From positions 256,001-320,000 of the forward strand of contig CAVXJS010000021.1 in NCBI GenBank assembly GCA_963762145.1: a DNA stretch of 64,000 bases, in the 5' to 3' direction. Numbering within the stretch: position 1 is the first letter of the stretch; each line of letters opens with the position of its first letter. Under the pieces are notes generated by a model. That model was not told the origin of the DNA. It ran no database searches and saw only the letters and a list, made by a program, of their open reading frames with translations. This DNA is from an uncultured Candidatus Rokubacteria bacterium (GTDB taxonomy: Bacteria > Methylomirabilota > Methylomirabilia > Rokubacteriales > CSP1-6). The position numbers were made by a program, and so were the translations under genes. This document shows, piece by piece, positions 9,592 through 20,139 of this stretch.

Positions 9592-11710
9592 ATGACGGCC
9601 AGCTCCAATCCCTCGCGGATCGGCGTGGACATCGGCGGCACCTTCACCGACCTGGTCTGGGTGGACGAGACCACCGGCGCCGTCCGCGTCGGCAAGGTCC
9701 TGACCACCCCGAAGGACCCGTCGCAGGCGGTGGAGGAAGGCGTGGTGACGCTGCTGCACGAGGCGGGCGCCGCCACCACCGCCGTACGCGCGCTGATCCA
9801 CGGCACCACGCTGGTCACCAACGCGCTGATCGAGCGCAAGGGCGCGCGGGCGGGGCTGCTCACGACCGCGGGCTTCCGGGACGCGGTCGAGATCGGGCGG
9901 GAAGGCCGCTACGACATGTACGATCTCTTCATCGACCCGCCGGTGCCGCTCGTGCCGCGCCAGCTCCGCGTGCGAGGTGTCCGAGCGCGTGCAGGCCGAC
10001 GGATCCGTCCTCCGGCCGCTCGACCTGGCCCAGGCGCGTGCCGCGGTGGCCGAGCTCGGCGCCCTGGGGGTGGAGGCCATCGCGGTCTGCCTGCTCCACG
10101 CCTACCGCAACCCGGCGCACGAGCGGGCGCTCGCCCGGCTCTGCGCCGAGCTCGCCCCCGGCGTCCCGGTGTCGCTGCTCCTCCGATGTGGTGCCCGAGA
10201 TCCGCGAGTACGAGCGCACCTCGACGACCACCGCCAACGTGTACGTGATGCCGCTGATGTCGCGGTATCTCGACGATCTCGAGCGCAAGCTGCCAGGGGC
10301 TCGGCGTCCCGGGCCGGCTGTACGTCATGCTGTCGGCCGGCGGCATCGCGACGCCCGAGACCGCCAAGCGCGTGCCGATCCGGCTCGTGGAATCGGGGCC
10401 GGCGGCGGGCGCGCTCGCGGCGGCGCGCTACGGCCCGCCGAGTCGGCATGGACCGCGTGCTGTCCTTCGACATGGGCGGCACCACCGCCAAGGCCTGCGT
10501 CATCGACCGGGGCGAGCCGCTGCTCGCGCGCGAGTTCGAGGTCGCGCGGGCGTATCGGTTCAAGAAGGGCTGGGGCCTGCCGATCCGCGTTCCGGTCGTG
10601 GAGCTGATCGAGATCGGCGCGGGCGGCGGCTCCATCGCCCGGGTCGACCGCTGGGCCTGCTCAAGGTCGGCCCGGACAGCGCCGGGGCGGATCCGGGCCC
10701 GGCCTGCTACGGGCTGGGCGGCCGCGAGCCCACCGTCACCGACGCCGACCTGCTCCTGGGTTATCTCGACGCCGAGTTCTTCCTGGGCGGCCGCATGCGG
10801 CTCGACGTGGAGGCCGCCCGGCGAGCCGTCGAGGAGCGCGTGGCCCGGCCGATGGGCCTCGAGCTGATCGACGCGGCCTGGGGCATTCACCGCGTGGTCA
10901 ACGAGAACATGGCGGGCGCCGCGCGCGTCCACGCCATCGAGCGCGGCAAGGACCTGCGCGGCTATCCGCTCTTCGCGTTCGGCGGCGCGGGACCGGTGCA
11001 CGCCTGGGAGGTGGGCCGCATCCTGCGCGTGCCGCGCGTGCTCGTGCCGTTCGGGGCGGGCGCGCTCTCGGCCTACGGGCTCCTGGCCGCGCCACTCGCC
11101 TTCGACTTCGTGCGCACCGCGCCGCAGCGCATGGCCGCGGCGGACTGGGCGCAGATCAACCGGCTCTTCGACGAGATGGAAGCGGAAGGCCGCCGCATCG
11201 TGCGCGGCGCCGGCGTGGCCGAGCGGGACATCAGCGTGCGCCGCACCGCCGAGATGCGCTACCTGGGCCAGGGCCACGAGGTGGACGTGGAGATTCCGGC
11301 CGGTCCGCTCGGGCCCGAGAGCCTGAGCGCGATCACCGCCGCGTTCGAGGCAGCCTATCGCCTCCTCTATAGCCGCACGCCCGCAGGGCGGTGCCGCTGG
11401 AGGCGCTCAACTGGCGCGCCGTCGTCTCCGGCCCGCGCCCGGATCTCACCATCAGCGGCGGGATGGCAGCCCGGCGCAGCCGTCACGCCCGGCCCCAAGA
11501 AGCACCGGGCCGCCTACTTTCCGGAGGCCCGTGGCTACGTCGAGACCCCGGTGTACGACCGCTACGCGCTGGGCCCGGGCGTGCGCCTCGCGGGGCCGGC
11601 CATCGTCGAGGAGCGCGAGTCCACCGCCGTCATCGGCCCGGGGGCGGTGATCACGGTGGACGACCACCGTACGCTCATCGCCGAGCCGGCGAGCCACGGA
11701 GGTGCGGTGA
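9592..11710 (+). pseudogene. Hydantoinase A/5-oxoprolinase (HyuA-like) subunit, multiply frameshifted (probably sequencing errors)
   Basis: GVDIGGTFTD, HGTTLVTNA, REYERTSTT, ESGPAAG, DMGGTTAK, IGAGGGSIA, GPACYG, AFGGAGPVH are spread over different frames. Confidence 0.85.
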
Positions 11711-13347
11711 TGGATCCGATCACGCTCGACATCTGCTGGAACCGGCTGATCGGGGTGGTCAACGAGCAGGCGGCCGCGCTCGATGCGCACCTCGTTCACC
11801 TCGATCGTGCGCGAGGCGGGCGACCTCTCGGCCGGCGTCTTCGACCGGCGCGGCTACATGATCGCCCAGGCGGTCACCGGCACGCCCGGGCACATCAACT
11901 CGATGGCACCTGCCATGAAGCACTTCCTGGCCGCGTACCCGATCGAGCCGCTGCGGCCGGGCGACGTGCTGATCACCAACGACCCCTGGAAGACCTCCGG
12001 GCATCTCAACGACGTCACGGTCGTGCACTCCGGTCTTCCGCGGGCCGGACTGCGTCGCGTTCTTCGGCATCCACCTGCCACAGCGCCGACATCGGCGGCC
12101 GCGTGCTCTCGCGCGGAGGCCCGCGAGGTGTACGAGGAAGGCCTGTTCATCCCGATCATGAAGCTGTACGACGCGGCGGCCGGCTCGACGACTCGCTCGC
12201 CGCGATCATCCGCGCCAACGTGCGCGTCGCCCGACGAGGTGCTGGGCGACTTCCACGCGCAGGTCGCGGGCGGCAACCGTCGGCGGGCGAGCGCCTGCTC
12301 GAGTTCATGGACGAGTTCGGCCTCGAGCGGCATCGAGCCGCTCGCCGACGAGATCATCTCCCGCACCGAGCGCGGCCATGCGCGAGGCGATCGCCGCGCT
12401 TCGGCCGACGGCGACTACCGGTACTGCATCACCTCGGACGGCTTCGACGAGCCGATCACGCATCGCGGTCGCGGTGCGCGATCGAGGGCGACGATCTCGC
12501 TGGTGGACTACACGGGCTCCTCGCCCGCCAGCCGGCGCGGGCATCAACGTCGTGATGAACTACACCGACGGCCTACACGACCTACGGGGTCAAGGTCATC
12601 GTGAGCCCCGACGTGCCCAACAACGAGGGCGCCTTCCGGGTCCTTCGCATCACCGCGCCCGAGGGCTCCATCCTGAACGTGCAGCCTCCCGCGCCGGTCG
12701 CGGCCCGTCACATCGTCGGCCACTTCCTGCCCCACGCGGTGGCGGGCGCCCTCAAGGAGGCGCTGCCCGATCGGGTGATGGCCGAGGGCTCCGCGAACAT
12801 CTGGGGTCTCCAGCTCACCGGCAAGAACCCCGACCGCACGCCCTGGGTCTACACGTTCTTCAGCTCGGGCGGCACCGGGGCGCGACCCCAGCAGGACGGG
12901 CTGTCGGCGACCGCGTTCCCGTCGGGCGTGCTCGGCACCCCGGTGGAGGTCGTCGAGTCGCTCGCCCCGCTGCTGATCGAGCGCAAGGCTCTCCGGGGCG
13001 GCTCGGGCGGCGACGGGCGCCAGCGCGGCGGCCTCGGCCAGGTGATCGCCTTCCGGGTCCGCTCCGACGAGCCGGCCACGTGCTCGGTCCTCTGCGATCG
13101 CACGCAGACCCCGGCGCAGGGATTCTTCGGCGGCCGACCCGGCATGACCGGGCAGGTGCTGATCAACGGTCGCGCGCCCGCCAATCCGAAGGCCGAGCAG
13201 ACGCTGCGCCCGGGCGATCTGGTCGAGATCCTGCTGCCGGGCGGCGGCGGCTACGGCGATCCCGCGGAGCGGGATCCGGCCCTCCGCGCGCGAGACCTGC
13301 AGCAAGGCTACGTCCTGGGCGCGGAGCGAGGGATCGCGGCGGGCTGA
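11710..13347 (+). pseudogene. Hydantoinase B/5-oxoprolinase (HyuB-like) subunit, multiply frameshifted in its 5' half
   Basis: MDPITL after GGAGGT, RTSFTSIVREAGD, NDPW..SGHLND, EEGLFIP, GSGGDGRQRGGLG, PGGGGYGDP. Confidence 0.85.
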
Positions 13348-13375
13348 TCCCGCTCGCCCCCGGTAGCCTGCCCGC

Positions 13376-15277
13376 TCAGTCGCGCCGAGCGGGGTCGCGC
13401 GGCGAGGTCTTGCCGAGCCGTTGCGCGGCGCGGGCGAGCTCGGCCGCGAGGGCAGGATCGAGCGGGCCGGCCCCCTGCAGCCGCGCGACGTAGCGCTCCC
13501 AGGCCGCCCGGGCGCGCGCGGGATCCCGCCCCGCGGTCACCTCCGCGGTGACCCGGTCCGCGAGCGGCAGCTCCGGGCTCATGAGCCGGACCAGCGCGAG
13601 CGCGCGCTCGAGCTGCGCCTCGGCCGGCTCCGCCTGACCGACCCACGCGAGCGCGAGGGCGCGGTTCAGCGCCGCGTGGACCTGGTTGGGCTTGGTCCGG
13701 AGCGATTCGGTGAGCTCGGGCAGCGCCAGCGCCGGCTCGCCGCGCTGGAGGTACAGCGCGCCCAGCGACGCCAGCACGTCCGCGTTCCCCGGCGCGAGCG
13801 CGCGCGCCTCGAGCCCGTGCCGGAGCCCCGCCTCGCGCTCCCCGAGGATGGTCTCGGTAAGTCCGAGCCCCGCGTTCGCCCTCGGGCTCCCGGGCGCGAG
13901 GCGCACCGCCTCGCGCAGGTGCTGGTTGGCCGGGCCGATCTCGCCACGGGCGAGCTGGGTGAACGCCAGGTTGAGGTGGGGCATCGCGGCGGCCGGCTCG
14001 GTCTCGACCATCCGCGAGTAGAGCCGGTACTCATCGCGCCAGTCCTCGTTACGCCAGAGGGTGAGGACCGCGTAGGCGAGCAGGACCGCCGCGAGGCCGA
14101 GGGACGGGATCGGGCGGATCTGAGTGGTACGGCCCCACGCCAGCGGGCCGAGCAGGCGGCCCGCGCCCCAGCCGAGGGCGAGAGAGAAGCCCACCGTGGG
14201 GAGGTAGAGGAAGCGCTCCGCCATGACCGCGCTCGGCAGGGGCAGCAGGTTCACCGCGATGGACGGCGCGAGCGTGATCCAGAACCAGAGCGCGCCGAAC
14301 CCGGCGGCGGGCGCTCGGCGAGCCGCCCAGATCGTCGCACCTAGCATGGCCATCAGACCGGCCAGCGCCAGCCACCACCCCAGGTCCGGCGGCACGGTCT
14401 CGGGGGCGATCGCATGGTAGGGACGGGTGGGATACGGAACGATCGTGAGCCAGGCGTACGCGGCCACGATCCGGACGGTGGTCAGGATCCGTTCGAGAAG
14501 GGAGCCCCACGCCTCTCCGCCGGGCTCGAGCCCGGCGAGCGCGAAGACGCGCAGGCCGAGATACAGCGCGGTGACCGCACCGTACGCGGCATAGCGACCG
14601 GCCGCCCGCCACGCGGCCCCACGGTCCCGCAGGTCGCCACGAACGAGCCCGTCCCAGAGCGCCAGCACGACCGGCAGCGTGATCGCCACTTCCTTGGCGA
14701 GTAGCGCGAGCAGGTAGGCCGCGAGCGACCACGCCAGCGGCCCCCACCGCTCTCGCGCGCGGCTCCGGTCGTAGGCGAGCAGGGCCAGCAGGAAGAAGAA
14801 GGTGGCGACGACGTCGGTCCGGCCCGAGACGAAGCTCACCGATTCCGTGTGGAGCGGGTGCAGTGCGAACACGAGCGCGCAGATCGCGACGGCGGGTCCG
14901 CCGCCCAGGGCCAGCCGCGCCACCGCGAGCACCGCCACGGTCACCGCCGCGTGAGCGATGACGTTCGTGAGATGGAACCCGAGCGGGTGGAGTCCCCAGA
15001 TCTGCACGTCCAGGAAGAAGGTCAACGTGATCAGGGGCCGATAGTAGCGACTCGCTTCCCCGACCTCGGCCCAGAAGTGCGAGGAGAGCAACGAGGGCAG
15101 CGCCTGCCAGTGATGCAGGCGCCAGCTCTGCTGGATGAGGAGCGTGTCGTCCCAGACGAGATCGTACCCGAGCGTCGCGGCGTAAGCGGCCACGGCCACG
15201 AGAGCCACGAACGCGGAGACCGCGAGCCGGCCCGGCGTGGCCCGCGACGGATCTGGGGGTGCGGAGGCCCCGGTCAT
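13376..15277 (-). CDS. TMTC-like GT-C membrane protein with C-terminal TPRs
   Basis: VWDD, YYRPL, HPLHTESVSFVSGR, AKE, AERFLYLP (DUF1736-like), TPRs. Confidence 0.85.
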   Translation of the reverse strand: MTGASAPPDPSRATPGRLAVSAFVALVAVAAYAATLGYDLVWDDTLLIQQSWRLHHWQALPSLLSSHFWAEVGEASRYYRPLITLTFFLDVQIWGLHPLGFHLTNVIAHAAVTVAVLAVARLALGGGPAVAICALVFALHPLHTESVSFVSGRTDVVATFFFLLALLAYDRSRARERWGPLAWSLAAYLLALLAKEVAITLPVVLALWDGLVRGDLRDRGAAWRAAGRYAAYGAVTALYLGLRVFALAGLEPGGEAWGSLLERILTTVRIVAAYAWLTIVPYPTRPYHAIAPETVPPDLGWWLALAGLMAMLGATIWAARRAPAAGFGALWFWITLAPSIAVNLLPLPSAVMAERFLYLPTVGFSLALGWGAGRLLGPLAWGRTTQIRPIPSLGLAAVLLAYAVLTLWRNEDWRDEYRLYSRMVETEPAAAMPHLNLAFTQLARGEIGPANQHLREAVRLAPGSPRANAGLGLTETILGEREAGLRHGLEARALAPGNADVLASLGALYLQRGEPALALPELTESLRTKPNQVHAALNRALALAWVGQAEPAEAQLERALALVRLMSPELPLADRVTAEVTAGRDPARARAAWERYVARLQGAGPLDPALAAELARAAQRLGKTSPRDPARRD

Positions 15278-15353
15278 ACACGATCAGGTTCTCACGACCG
15301 CAATTCACGCCCGGGCTGTATTCCACCGCCGCCCGGGAGGGTCCACGGCGCTG

Positions 15354-15362
15354 TGCTAGAAT
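15354..15362 (+). promoter_or_regulatory. Extended -10 element for the ABC transporter operon
   Basis: TGCTAGAAT ~75 nt upstream of the ATG, which has an AAGGAG Shine-Dalgarno. Confidence 0.4.
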
Positions 15363-15435
15363 CCCGCCAGTCGTCGCCCCCGGTCAGTGCCGACCTCGTA
15401 GGCTCAACCAGACGAAGAGGAAGGAGCTCTCGACC

Positions 15436-16728
15436 ATGAAGGCACCTCGGCTCCGCGCGCTCACCGGCCTGCTCGCCGCCCTCCTGATCGGCCCGCTCGC
15501 GGGCTCCGTCGAGGCCCAGGCGCCGCGCGAGATCGTGATCGGCGTCATCTACCCGCTGAGCGGCAACCTCGCCCAGATCGGCATCGACTCGGTCACCGCG
15601 ATCCGGATGGCGACCGACATCTACAACGGTCGGTCCGAGCTGAACCTGCCATCGGCCCGGAAGGCCACCGACGGGCTGCCCGGTCTCGGGGGCGCCCGGG
15701 TCCGCCTCGTCGTCGTCGATCATCAGGGCAAGCCCGAGCTGGGCCAGGCGGAAGCGGAGCGGCTGATCACCCAGGAGAAGGTCAGCGCGCTGATCGGCTG
15801 CGTGCACTCGAGCGTCACCGCCACCGCGAGCCAGGTGGCCGAGCGGTACGGGGTACCGTTCATGAACGGGGAGTCGTCCTCGCCCACCCTCACCGAGCGC
15901 GGATTCAAGTGGTTCTTCCGCACCTCGCCGCACGACGGCCACTTCAGCCAGGCGATGTTCGACTTCATCGGAGACTTCGAGAAGAAGCGCGGCGTCAAGG
16001 TGAAGACGCTCGGAATCCTGCACGAGGACACGCTCTTCGGCGCCGACTCCGCCAAGGTGCAGGACGACCTCGCCAGGCGCGGCGGCTACGAGGTCGTCGC
16101 CAAACTGGCCTACCGTTCGCGCACGACGAGCCTCGACGCGGAGGTGACGCGCCTGAAGGCGGCCAACCCGGACGTCTTCCTGCCGACGTCCTACACCACC
16201 GACGCGACGCTGTACGTCAAGACCGCCAAGACGCTCGACTACGTCCCGAAGATGCTCATCGCCCAGAACGCGGGCTGGGTGGATCCCGCCTTCGTCCAGG
16301 AGATGCGCGCGGACATCGAGGGCCACATCACCCGATCCCCCTTCGCGCTCGATCTCCAGGCGAAGAAGCCGCTGATCCGCGAGGTCAACGAGCTCTTCAA
16401 GAAACAGAAGGACAACCCGGGCGGGCGTGACATCTCGGAGGCTCCGACCCGTGCCCTCACCGCGTTCACCGTGCTCATGGACGCCATCAATCGCGCCCGA
16501 TCCACCGGACCCGAGGAGATCCGGAAGGCGCTCGCGGCCGCCAACGTGCCGGCCGATCAGCTCCTCATGCCCTGGACCGGCGTCCGGTTCGACGAGAGAG
16601 GCCAGAACACGGGCGTGCGCGCGATTCTCCAGCAGATCCAGAAGGGAGCGTACGCGACGGTCTACCCCTTCGACCTCGCGGCGGCCGACGTGATCTACCC
16701 GCTCCCCGGCTACCGGGAAAAGAAGTAG
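15436..16728 (+). CDS. Branched-chain amino acid-type ABC substrate-binding protein (LivK-like)
   Basis: Signal peptide, IGVIYPLSG, LTERGFKWFFRTSP; AAGGAG upstream of the ATG. Confidence 0.9.
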   Translation: MKAPRLRALTGLLAALLIGPLAGSVEAQAPREIVIGVIYPLSGNLAQIGIDSVTAIRMATDIYNGRSELNLPSARKATDGLPGLGGARVRLVVVDHQGKPELGQAEAERLITQEKVSALIGCVHSSVTATASQVAERYGVPFMNGESSSPTLTERGFKWFFRTSPHDGHFSQAMFDFIGDFEKKRGVKVKTLGILHEDTLFGADSAKVQDDLARRGGYEVVAKLAYRSRTTSLDAEVTRLKAANPDVFLPTSYTTDATLYVKTAKTLDYVPKMLIAQNAGWVDPAFVQEMRADIEGHITRSPFALDLQAKKPLIREVNELFKKQKDNPGGRDISEAPTRALTAFTVLMDAINRARSTGPEEIRKALAAANVPADQLLMPWTGVRFDERGQNTGVRAILQQIQKGAYATVYPFDLAAADVIYPLPGYREKK

Positions 16729-16752
16729 ACCGGTCCCGGTCGCCCGGTCGCC

Positions 16753-17619
16753 ATGACCGCCGAGGTCCTCCTGCAGGGCATCGTCAGCGGTCTGCTCATG
16801 GGCCTCGTCTACGCGCTGATCGCGGCCGGACTCTCGCTGATCTTCGGGCTGATGGAGATCGTCAACTTCGCTCACGGCGAGTTCCTGATGGTCGCCATGT
16901 TCACGAGCTACTGGGCGTGGGCGCTCTGGCGTCTCGATCCGCTCGTCTCGCTGCCCCTCACCGTCTGCCTGCTCTTCGCGCTCGGGGCCGCGACCTACTG
17001 GGGCCTGATCCGCTGGATCCTCGACGCCCCGATGCTGGCCCAGATCTTCGCCACCTTCGGGCTCGCGGTGTTCCTGCGCTCCGCGGCCCAGGCCCTCTGG
17101 GGCGTGGACTTCCTGGTGGTCAAGAACCCCCTCGTCGAGGGCCGGATCTCGGTGAGCGGGCTCTTCCTGGGCCTGCCGCAGCTCGTGGCCAGCGCGGGCT
17201 CTCTCGCCGCCTTCGCGGGGCTGCACTGGTTCATCAGCCGCACCGAGACCGGCCTCGCGCTGCAGGCGACCGCCCAGGACCGGCAGGCCGCTTCGCTGAT
17301 GGGCATCGACACCCAGCGCATGTTCGCGCTGGGCTGGGGCATCGGGGCCGGCTGCGTGGGCGTGGCGGGGGCGCTGCTCTCGATGTTCTTCTACATCTTC
17401 CCCGAGGTGGGCGCCACCTTCGCCCTGCTCGCCTACGTGACGGTGGCGCTCGGCGGCTTCGGCAACGTGCCGGGGACGCTGGTGGCCGGGGTGGTCGTGG
17501 GCCTGGTGGAGGTCCTGGGAGGCCTGCTGATCGCGCCCGCCCTCAAGTACGCGGTGGTCTTCGCGATCTATCTCGTCGTCGTCCTCTGGCGGCCTCAGGG
17601 CCTCTTCGGCCGCTTCTGA
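16753..17619 (+). CDS. ABC permease, LivH-like
   Basis: GLSLIFG...VNFAHGE, LGGFGN, RPQGLFG. Confidence 0.92.
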   Translation: MTAEVLLQGIVSGLLMGLVYALIAAGLSLIFGLMEIVNFAHGEFLMVAMFTSYWAWALWRLDPLVSLPLTVCLLFALGAATYWGLIRWILDAPMLAQIFATFGLAVFLRSAAQALWGVDFLVVKNPLVEGRISVSGLFLGLPQLVASAGSLAAFAGLHWFISRTETGLALQATAQDRQAASLMGIDTQRMFALGWGIGAGCVGVAGALLSMFFYIFPEVGATFALLAYVTVALGGFGNVPGTLVAGVVVGLVEVLGGLLIAPALKYAVVFAIYLVVVLWRPQGLFGRF

Positions 17620-18590
17620 TGCGATCGCGCCTCGGCCCCCTCGCGGCCTGGGTGTTGCTGGGAGCGGCGCTCGCTTTCCCGCTCGTGTTCACGCTGCCGT
17701 ATCCGCGCGACGTGATGATCCGGATCTTCCTCTACGCGATGCTCGCCACCGCCTGGAACCTGCTCGCGGGCTACTGCGGCCAGATCTCGCTCGGCCACGC
17801 GGTGTTCTTCGGCACCGGAGCCTACACGTCCACCGTGCTGCTCCGGCAGGACTGGCTCGGCGTCTGGGCGAGCCCGTGGATCGGCATGGCGCTGGGTGCG
17901 CTCCTCGCCGCGCTGCTCTCGCAGGTCATCGGCTTTCCGGTGTTCCGGCTGCGCGGGCACTACTTCGCGATCGCCACCATCGCGGTGGGAGAGATCGTGC
18001 AGACCATCGTGATCAACTGGGACGCGGTCGGCGGCGCGCGCGGCCTCTTCGTGCCGATCAAGCGGCCCGACTCGTTCCTCAACTTTCAGTTCCACGAGAG
18101 CAAGCAGACCTACTACTACATCGCGCTCGCCCTGCTCGTGCTGGCGGTCGGGATCAGCCGGTCGATCGTCCACTCCCGCACCGGCTACTACTTCCGCGCC
18201 ATCCGGGAGGACCAGGACGCGGCCGCCGCGCTCGGGATCCCGGTGGCCCGCTACAAGCAGCGCGCGATGGCGATCTCGGCGGCCCTGACCGCGCTGGGCG
18301 GGACGTTCTACGCCCAGTACGTCTTGTTCATCGACCCCGAGTCGGTGCTTCCGCTGTCCCTCTCGATCCTCGTCTGCCTGGTGGCGGTGCTGGGCGGGGT
18401 CGGCACGCTGTGGGGCCCCATCCTCGGCGCCGCCATCCTGGTCCCGCTGGGTGAGGTCACGCGGGTCCAGTTCGGCGGCACCGGCAAGGCCCTCGACCTG
18501 GTCATCTACGGGCTGCTGATCATGATCGTCTCGGTGGTGCAGCCCGGCGGCATCATGGCTCTGCTCGAGCGCGGGTCCCGCCGCTCGTGA
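17619..18590 (+). CDS. ABC permease, LivM-like
   Basis: WNLLAGYCGQISLGHAVFFGTGAY, LRGHYFAIAT, GGVGTLWGP. Confidence 0.92.
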   Translation: MRSRLGPLAAWVLLGAALAFPLVFTLPYPRDVMIRIFLYAMLATAWNLLAGYCGQISLGHAVFFGTGAYTSTVLLRQDWLGVWASPWIGMALGALLAALLSQVIGFPVFRLRGHYFAIATIAVGEIVQTIVINWDAVGGARGLFVPIKRPDSFLNFQFHESKQTYYYIALALLVLAVGISRSIVHSRTGYYFRAIREDQDAAAALGIPVARYKQRAMAISAALTALGGTFYAQYVLFIDPESVLPLSLSILVCLVAVLGGVGTLWGPILGAAILVPLGEVTRVQFGGTGKALDLVIYGLLIMIVSVVQPGGIMALLERGSRRS

Positions 18591-19315
18591 CGCCCCCCGT
18601 CCTCGATATCCGGGGGGTGACCAAGCGCTTCGGCGGGCTCGTGGCCAACCGCGAGATCTCGTTCCAGGTCGGTCCGGGCGAGCTGGTCGGCGTGATCGGA
18701 CCGAACGGCGCCGGCAAGTCCACGCTGTTCGATCTGCTCACCGGCTTCCAGACTCCCGACGCCGGTCACATCCGGCTCGACGGGATCGACATCGCGGGGC
18801 TGCGCCCGGACGAGATCAGCCGCCGCGGGGTCGGCCGCACGTTCCAGAAGCTCAAGCCGTTCGGCGGCATGACCGTGCTGGAGAACGTGATGGTCGGCGC
18901 GTTCCAGAAGACGGCGGACCCACGGCGCGCCCGCGCGGAAGCCGAGCGGACGCTCGCGAGCGTGGGGCTCGCCGACCGCGCGGGCGCGCACGCGCGGGTG
19001 CTCTCGACCGGGCAGCGCAAGCGGCTCGAGATGGCGCGCGCCCTCGCGACGCGCCCGCGGCTCCTGCTGCTCGACGAGATCACCGGCGGAGTGGACCAGC
19101 GCAGCATCCCCGCGCTCGTCGAGCTGGTGCGCCAGCTCCACGCCGGCGGCACCGCGCTCATCGTCATCGAGCACAACATGCGCGTGATCATGGGGATCTC
19201 CCAGCGGGTGGTCGCGCTCCACCTGGGCGAGGTCATCGCGGTCGGCTCCCCCGCCGCGGTGACGAGCGACGCGCGGGTGATCGAGGCGTACCTGGGGCGT
19301 GCCTATGGCGGCTGA
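18587..19315 (+). CDS. ABC ATP-binding protein, LivG-like
   Basis: FGGLVA, GPNGAGKST, LLLLDE, VIEAYLG. Confidence 0.93.
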   Translation: MTPPVLDIRGVTKRFGGLVANREISFQVGPGELVGVIGPNGAGKSTLFDLLTGFQTPDAGHIRLDGIDIAGLRPDEISRRGVGRTFQKLKPFGGMTVLENVMVGAFQKTADPRRARAEAERTLASVGLADRAGAHARVLSTGQRKRLEMARALATRPRLLLLDEITGGVDQRSIPALVELVRQLHAGGTALIVIEHNMRVIMGISQRVVALHLGEVIAVGSPAAVTSDARVIEAYLGRAYGG

Positions 19316-20039
19316 GCCGCGCCGCGATGCCCTGCTGGAGGCCGACGCCGTCGACGTGCTGTACGGCGACTACCAGGTCCTCTGGGGCGCGCGCCTCCGC
19401 GTGGAGCCGGGGGAGGTGGTGGCGTTGCTCGGGCCGAACGGCGCCGGCAAGTCGACGCTCATGAACACGCTGTCGGGGCTCGTGCGGGCGCAGCGCGGCG
19501 CCGTCACGTTCCGCGGCCAGCGGATCGAGCGGCTGCCGGCCCATCGGATCGTGGACCTGGGGATGGCGCATGTCCTCGAGCGCCGACGGCTGTTTCCGTA
19601 CCTGACGGTCGGCCAGAACGTCCTCCTGGGCGCCTACCCACCCGCGGCGCGGGCTCGGCGGGCTGCCACGCTGCGCGAGGTCGAGGCCCTCTTCCCCCTG
19701 CTCCGGGCCCGCTGGGGACAGCCCGCCCATACCCTTTCGGGGGGCGAGCAGCAGATGGTCGCGATCGCGCGCGGCCTCATGGCTTGCCCGACCCTCCTGA
19801 TGATCGATGAGCCGTTCCTGGGGCTCGCCCCCCAGGTCGTCGCGCAGATCTCCCAGGTGATCACCCGGCTCAACCGGGAGCGCGGGCTGACCATCGTGTT
19901 CATCGAGCAGAACGTGGAGATGGCCCTGGGCCTGGCCCATCGCGGGTACGTGCTCGAATCCGGCCGGAACGTCCTCGACGGGCCCTCGGCGGCCCTGCTC
20001 CAGTCGGCCGAGGTAAAGCGTATCTTCCTCGGGACTTAG
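19305..20039 (+). CDS. ABC ATP-binding protein, LivF-like
   Basis: GPNGAGKST, LSGGEQQM, EQNV, GYVLESG. Confidence 0.93.
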   Translation: MAAEPRRDALLEADAVDVLYGDYQVLWGARLRVEPGEVVALLGPNGAGKSTLMNTLSGLVRAQRGAVTFRGQRIERLPAHRIVDLGMAHVLERRRLFPYLTVGQNVLLGAYPPAARARRAATLREVEALFPLLRARWGQPAHTLSGGEQQMVAIARGLMACPTLLMIDEPFLGLAPQVVAQISQVITRLNRERGLTIVFIEQNVEMALGLAHRGYVLESGRNVLDGPSAALLQSAEVKRIFLGT

Positions 20040-20075
20040 ACCGGCCCCGAGTTTGGATGCCCCTCCGAGCTCGCA

Positions 20076-20084
20076 TGCTATGAT
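20076..20084 (+). promoter_or_regulatory. Extended -10 element upstream of the TPR/Roadblock pair
   Basis: TGCTATGAT ~55 nt upstream of the GTG at 20140. Confidence 0.4.
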
Positions 20085-20139
20085 GAACGGCAGTGATTGA
20101 TCTCCTGGCTGGGCAGCCCTTGACGAGGGGGGTCGGCGA

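Noticed and set aside
9950-12600. Programmed ribosomal frameshifting in the hydantoinase genes
   Set aside because: Too many shifts in both directions, with no consistent slippery motif
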